Source: an uncultured Rhodospirillaceae bacterium
Lineage (GTDB): Bacteria > Pseudomonadota > Alphaproteobacteria > UBA6615
DNA: 17,965 bases
NCBI GenBank assembly: GCA_964530225.1
Contig: CAZHBA010000037.1
Location: forward strand, 1-17,965
Direction of reading: 5' to 3'
The position numbers were made by a program, and so were the translations under genes. This document shows positions 15,338 to 17,965 of this stretch, in pieces. A model generated the notes under the pieces. That model had not been told where the DNA came from. It worked only from the letters and a program-made list of their open reading frames with translations, and did no database searches. Positions within the stretch are counted from its first letter, which is position 1. Each line of letters begins with the position of its first letter.

Positions 15338-16189
15338 CTATCCCTTGCCGAATTCGAGGAGCTCCTCGACCAGGATACTCGGCGCTTCTTCATGCACATA
15401 GTGCCCGCAGTCATCGATTCCGCGTCCGGTGACATGGGGCGCATCAGGTCGCCACATCTCCAACACGTCGAAGGGGCCGCCCATGCCACCGCTGTTACCC
15501 CAAACGCAATGGATCGGGTCCTGTATGGCCTTTCCTAAACTTTCTTCGTCGAGTCGCCGGTTCTCTTCGAACATCGCTTTGTAGTAGGCAAAGCCGCCGC
15601 GCAAAGCGCCGGGCTTGGAATAGGCGCGGACATATTCGTCGATGGCGTCCTCCAGATCGGCCGGGTTGTGGTATTTGGGCCGGAAGAAAGCCTGTAGAAA
15701 TCCGCGCACATCGTTGGCAACAAGGCTTTCCGGCATGTCCGGCACCGCGTTGAAAAAATAGTGCCAAGCGCCCTTGGCGTAGTTAGCGGTGAAGTTGGCG
15801 AAGATTTGCGCGTGGGGAACGATGTCGACAATGGCCACGCGGGACAGTTCGCCCGGCCAGTCAAGGGCATAGCGCCGGGCCACCAAACCGCCCCAGTCGG
15901 CGCCGACCAGGTAGGAATTATCGAGACCGAGCACCGCCGCCAATTGGCGAATATCGGTTGCGACGGTGCGCATGTCGTAGCCGCCGGCTGGTTTGTCTGA
16001 ATCTCCCATGCCGCGCAAATCGGGCGCTATCACGCGATATCGCTCCGATAACGGAGGAATGACCTTGCGCCACGAATAAGACGTCTGTGGCCAGCCGTGC
16101 AACAAGATCATAGCCGGTCCCTGTCCTGCCTCGCGGTAATGCAGGTTAATACCGTTGGCTTTCGTGACATTTCGAGTGATTTCGGTCAT
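15338..16189 (-). CDS. Alpha/beta-hydrolase fold enzyme, epoxide hydrolase / haloalkane dehalogenase-like (HGWP oxyanion motif, Asp nucleophile in GADWGG)
   Basis: MILLHGWPQTSYSWRK followed by LVGADWGG are the hallmark motifs of the epoxide hydrolase-type alpha/beta hydrolases (Asp nucleophile rather than Ser). 283 aa. Confidence 0.85.
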   Translation of the reverse strand: MTEITRNVTKANGINLHYREAGQGPAMILLHGWPQTSYSWRKVIPPLSERYRVIAPDLRGMGDSDKPAGGYDMRTVATDIRQLAAVLGLDNSYLVGADWGGLVARRYALDWPGELSRVAIVDIVPHAQIFANFTANYAKGAWHYFFNAVPDMPESLVANDVRGFLQAFFRPKYHNPADLEDAIDEYVRAYSKPGALRGGFAYYKAMFEENRRLDEESLGKAIQDPIHCVWGNSGGMGGPFDVLEMWRPDAPHVTGRGIDDCGHYVHEEAPSILVEELLEFGKG

Positions 16190-16668
16190 GTAGCACCCTG
16201 TTGCGAATTGGCCAAATTATCGATGAGTGCCAGCATAACTGCAAAGCCTGTTTCGCCACTCTATCGTTGGGCGTGACCACGGCAGATGGACTAAGCTTAC
16301 CGGCAGTCTGGATCAGCGGCATATTTTCAACAGCTGACCGGAATTGTGATCGATGATGACCGATATTAACCCCAACGTCTTTACAACAGTATCGAGCTGG
16401 TTCCCGGCGTCGGCACCGCAACAAAAACGAGTTGTGCGTGATGTCACTGGTGGCGCTGCTCGCCCGCGAAAATCGCACAGACCAGCCTAATACCGCGTGC
16501 CCAGTCATCGCCACTTTTGCCATCTAAATTAACGACGGTGTCTTCCGCGATGCACGGCAAACATTGGAACCGTTTGCGCCGCGCATCATAGGCACGGGCG
16601 GAGAGAGCGACTGTCCGACAAGGATTGCCCTATCGTTACCCGCAGGTCACGATGAACCGCGTTAGGGT

Positions 16669-17370
16669 TTAGGCGGCTAGCAACTCGCGCAGTTTAGCCA
16701 CCGCCGCCCCGGGCGAGTTCAACACCGGAGTATCGGTTACCATCTCAACCGCCGGAGCGGCTCGCGACAAGGTGAACTGTGCCAGTGCGATAACGTCGCA
16801 ATCTTCCATTTTCTCTGCCGCTCCGGCGACCAGCCGATCGTGCAGCGCGGTATTGCCACTGGCCAAGGCATCAAATGCCCCATCGACAACGTAGGGTATC
16901 AACTCAACCGCCTGCCCCCGTTCGGCTGCCATGCCTTCGATTTCAACCGATATTGTCGGGATGGTCGCGGCAACCGTGGCGACTACGGCGATGCGCGAGC
17001 CGTGATCGAGCGCCTTTTCGATCATGGCGTCATTGGGCTTCAACATCGGCAGGCTGAATTCGGCAATGCAGGCGTTGATGCATTCGCCGAACGCCGAACA
17101 GGAATACAAAATACCCACCGCCCCACGCTCGACAGCATAGCGCGTGAGGGTCTGGAAGGCGCCGTACATTTCCGGCACCACGCCACCGGTCTCGCGCACC
17201 CATTGGAACAGGCCATCTTCGAGAATGTTGCTGATCCGCGCTTCCGGCCAGTCCTCGGCAAAGGCGCGTACGGCGGCCTCCATGGCGTCCTTATGGACGG
17301 AAAATATAACAATGTTGGGTGAAGGGTTCATGCCAGGCGAGATTGTTATTATGAACCGCCGCTTATGCAC
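16669..17370 (-). CDS. Asp/Glu/hydantoin racemase family protein (arylmalonate decarboxylase / maleate isomerase-like fold)
   Basis: ~230 aa with the two pseudo-symmetric halves, each carrying a conserved Cys/Thr region (GILYSCSAFG... and VIALAQFTLS), typical of PF01177-type proteins. The N-terminus may be over-extended; an internal ATG at 17331 gives MNPSPNIVIF. Confidence 0.65.
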   Translation of the reverse strand: MHKRRFIITISPGMNPSPNIVIFSVHKDAMEAAVRAFAEDWPEARISNILEDGLFQWVRETGGVVPEMYGAFQTLTRYAVERGAVGILYSCSAFGECINACIAEFSLPMLKPNDAMIEKALDHGSRIAVVATVAATIPTISVEIEGMAAERGQAVELIPYVVDGAFDALASGNTALHDRLVAGAAEKMEDCDVIALAQFTLSRAAPAVEMVTDTPVLNSPGAAVAKLRELLAA

Positions 17371-17376
17371 GCACGG

Positions 17377-17583
17377 CTAGTGCCGAACGACCGCGTAATT
17401 GATCACCTTGGCAACACCCTCGGTCTCCTTGATCGTGGCCAGCGCCTCAATCGCGCGGTCAAGCAAAGTTTTTAGCGGCAGAAATATATCTCTGAGTTGC
17501 GCGTGTGCCGGCTGCAGAACCACGGCGCTGGCGAACAACCCCGCGACCACCATTAGACTGTAGCGCGCTAATTTCATCACCAC
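17377..17583 (-). CDS. Small secreted protein (68 aa; cleavable signal peptide MKLARYSLMVVAGLFASAVVLQPAHA, ~40-aa helical mature part)
   Basis: GTG/ATG start cluster with GGAG and AAGGTGG SD-like sequences upstream. Positive n-region, hydrophobic core, AHA-Q cleavage site. It ends 7 bp before the racemase-family gene start. Confidence 0.45.
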   Translation of the reverse strand: MVMKLARYSLMVVAGLFASAVVLQPAHAQLRDIFLPLKTLLDRAIEALATIKETEGVAKVINYAVVRH

Positions 17584-17780
17584 CTTTACTCCAGTTTGCA
17601 GCTATCAGCAGAAACCGACTCGTATGGCGTTAGCCTAGAGCACTATCCTGCCAGATTGAACCAATCTTGTGCCGGAGGCCTTCCACATTCATGGAGCATA
17701 TCAGTATACTATGAAAAGGCGCACCAAACGGGCCGCCGTAATTGTAAACAACAATAACATTTGTGTTGGAGGGGAAATCC

Positions 17781-17965
17781 GTGGCCAGAGCGAAGAAACC
17801 AGCGCCGGTAGCAAAAAAGCGTATGGCGAAGCCAAAGAAGTATATGGACGAGCAGTCGAAAACCGATATTCGCGACGGCATGCGTATCGACTGGGACGTG
17901 CCAATCTCGATGGACGATGGCATCGTTTTACGCTGCGATGTTTACCGGCCGATCAAAGCCGGCAA
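17781..17965 (+). CDS. Partial (5' end only) CocE/NonD family hydrolase (X-Pro dipeptidyl-peptidase S15-like); runs off the window end and is absent from the ORF track
   Basis: Translation VARAKKPAPVAKKRMAKPKKYMDEQSKTDIRDGMRIDWDVPISMDDGIVLRCDVYRPIKAG... carries the characteristic N-terminal motif (v.iPMrDGvrLaaDvYrP) of CocE/NonD hydrolases. A GGAGGGG SD lies 8 nt before the GTG at 17781. There is no stop before the window end. Confidence 0.6.
   Translation, partial: MARAKKPAPVAKKRMAKPKKYMDEQSKTDIRDGMRIDWDVPISMDDGIVLRCDVYRPIKAG

Noticed and set aside
16146-16523. 125-aa minus-strand ORF in the long intergenic region
   Set aside because: It overlaps the hydrolase start, and is Cys/His/Arg-rich and low-complexity. 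It is more likely non-coding.
17630-17923. 97-aa minus-strand ORF
   Set aside because: It is antisense to the much better supported CocE/NonD N-terminus on the plus strand.

Overview
The window is a high-GC (~60-63%) chromosomal backbone whose gene order looks alphaproteobacterial (conserved sdhE-mfd operon divergent from recG). Backbone genes: cbtB-cbtA cobalt transporter, NIPSNAP, a DsbA-like oxidoreductase, mfd, sdhE, recG, DUF502, two tandem tRNA-Leu, a tandem-USP gene, an epoxide-hydrolase-like alpha/beta hydrolase, an Asp/Glu-racemase-family gene with a small secreted protein upstream, and a partial CocE/NonD hydrolase running off the right end (not in the ORF track). The left 3.1 kb is compositionally foreign (about 37-40% GC by eye) and lies directly 3' of a tRNA-Ser(TGA) gene that is itself preceded by the 3' end of another tRNA. 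It carries a tight four-gene minus-strand operon: an SPFH/Band_7_1 protein with a C-terminal SHOCT domain (YdjI-like), a 4-TM protein with a coiled-coil tail, a small zinc-ribbon protein (YdjG-like), and an acidic protein with two C-terminal TM helices. Three of the four genes are bracketed by a 51-bp inverted repeat with 50/51 identity (214-264 and 2137-2187) that encodes the start of the SHOCT domain, and a perfect 12-bp palindrome sits upstream of the operon promoter. No integrase or recombinase is visible in the window. This module is the best candidate for an undescribed membrane-stress or abortive-infection-like system. The ORF track uses alternative start codons (GTG/TTG shown as M), and most of the many ORFs overlapping the long GC-rich genes are frame artefacts.
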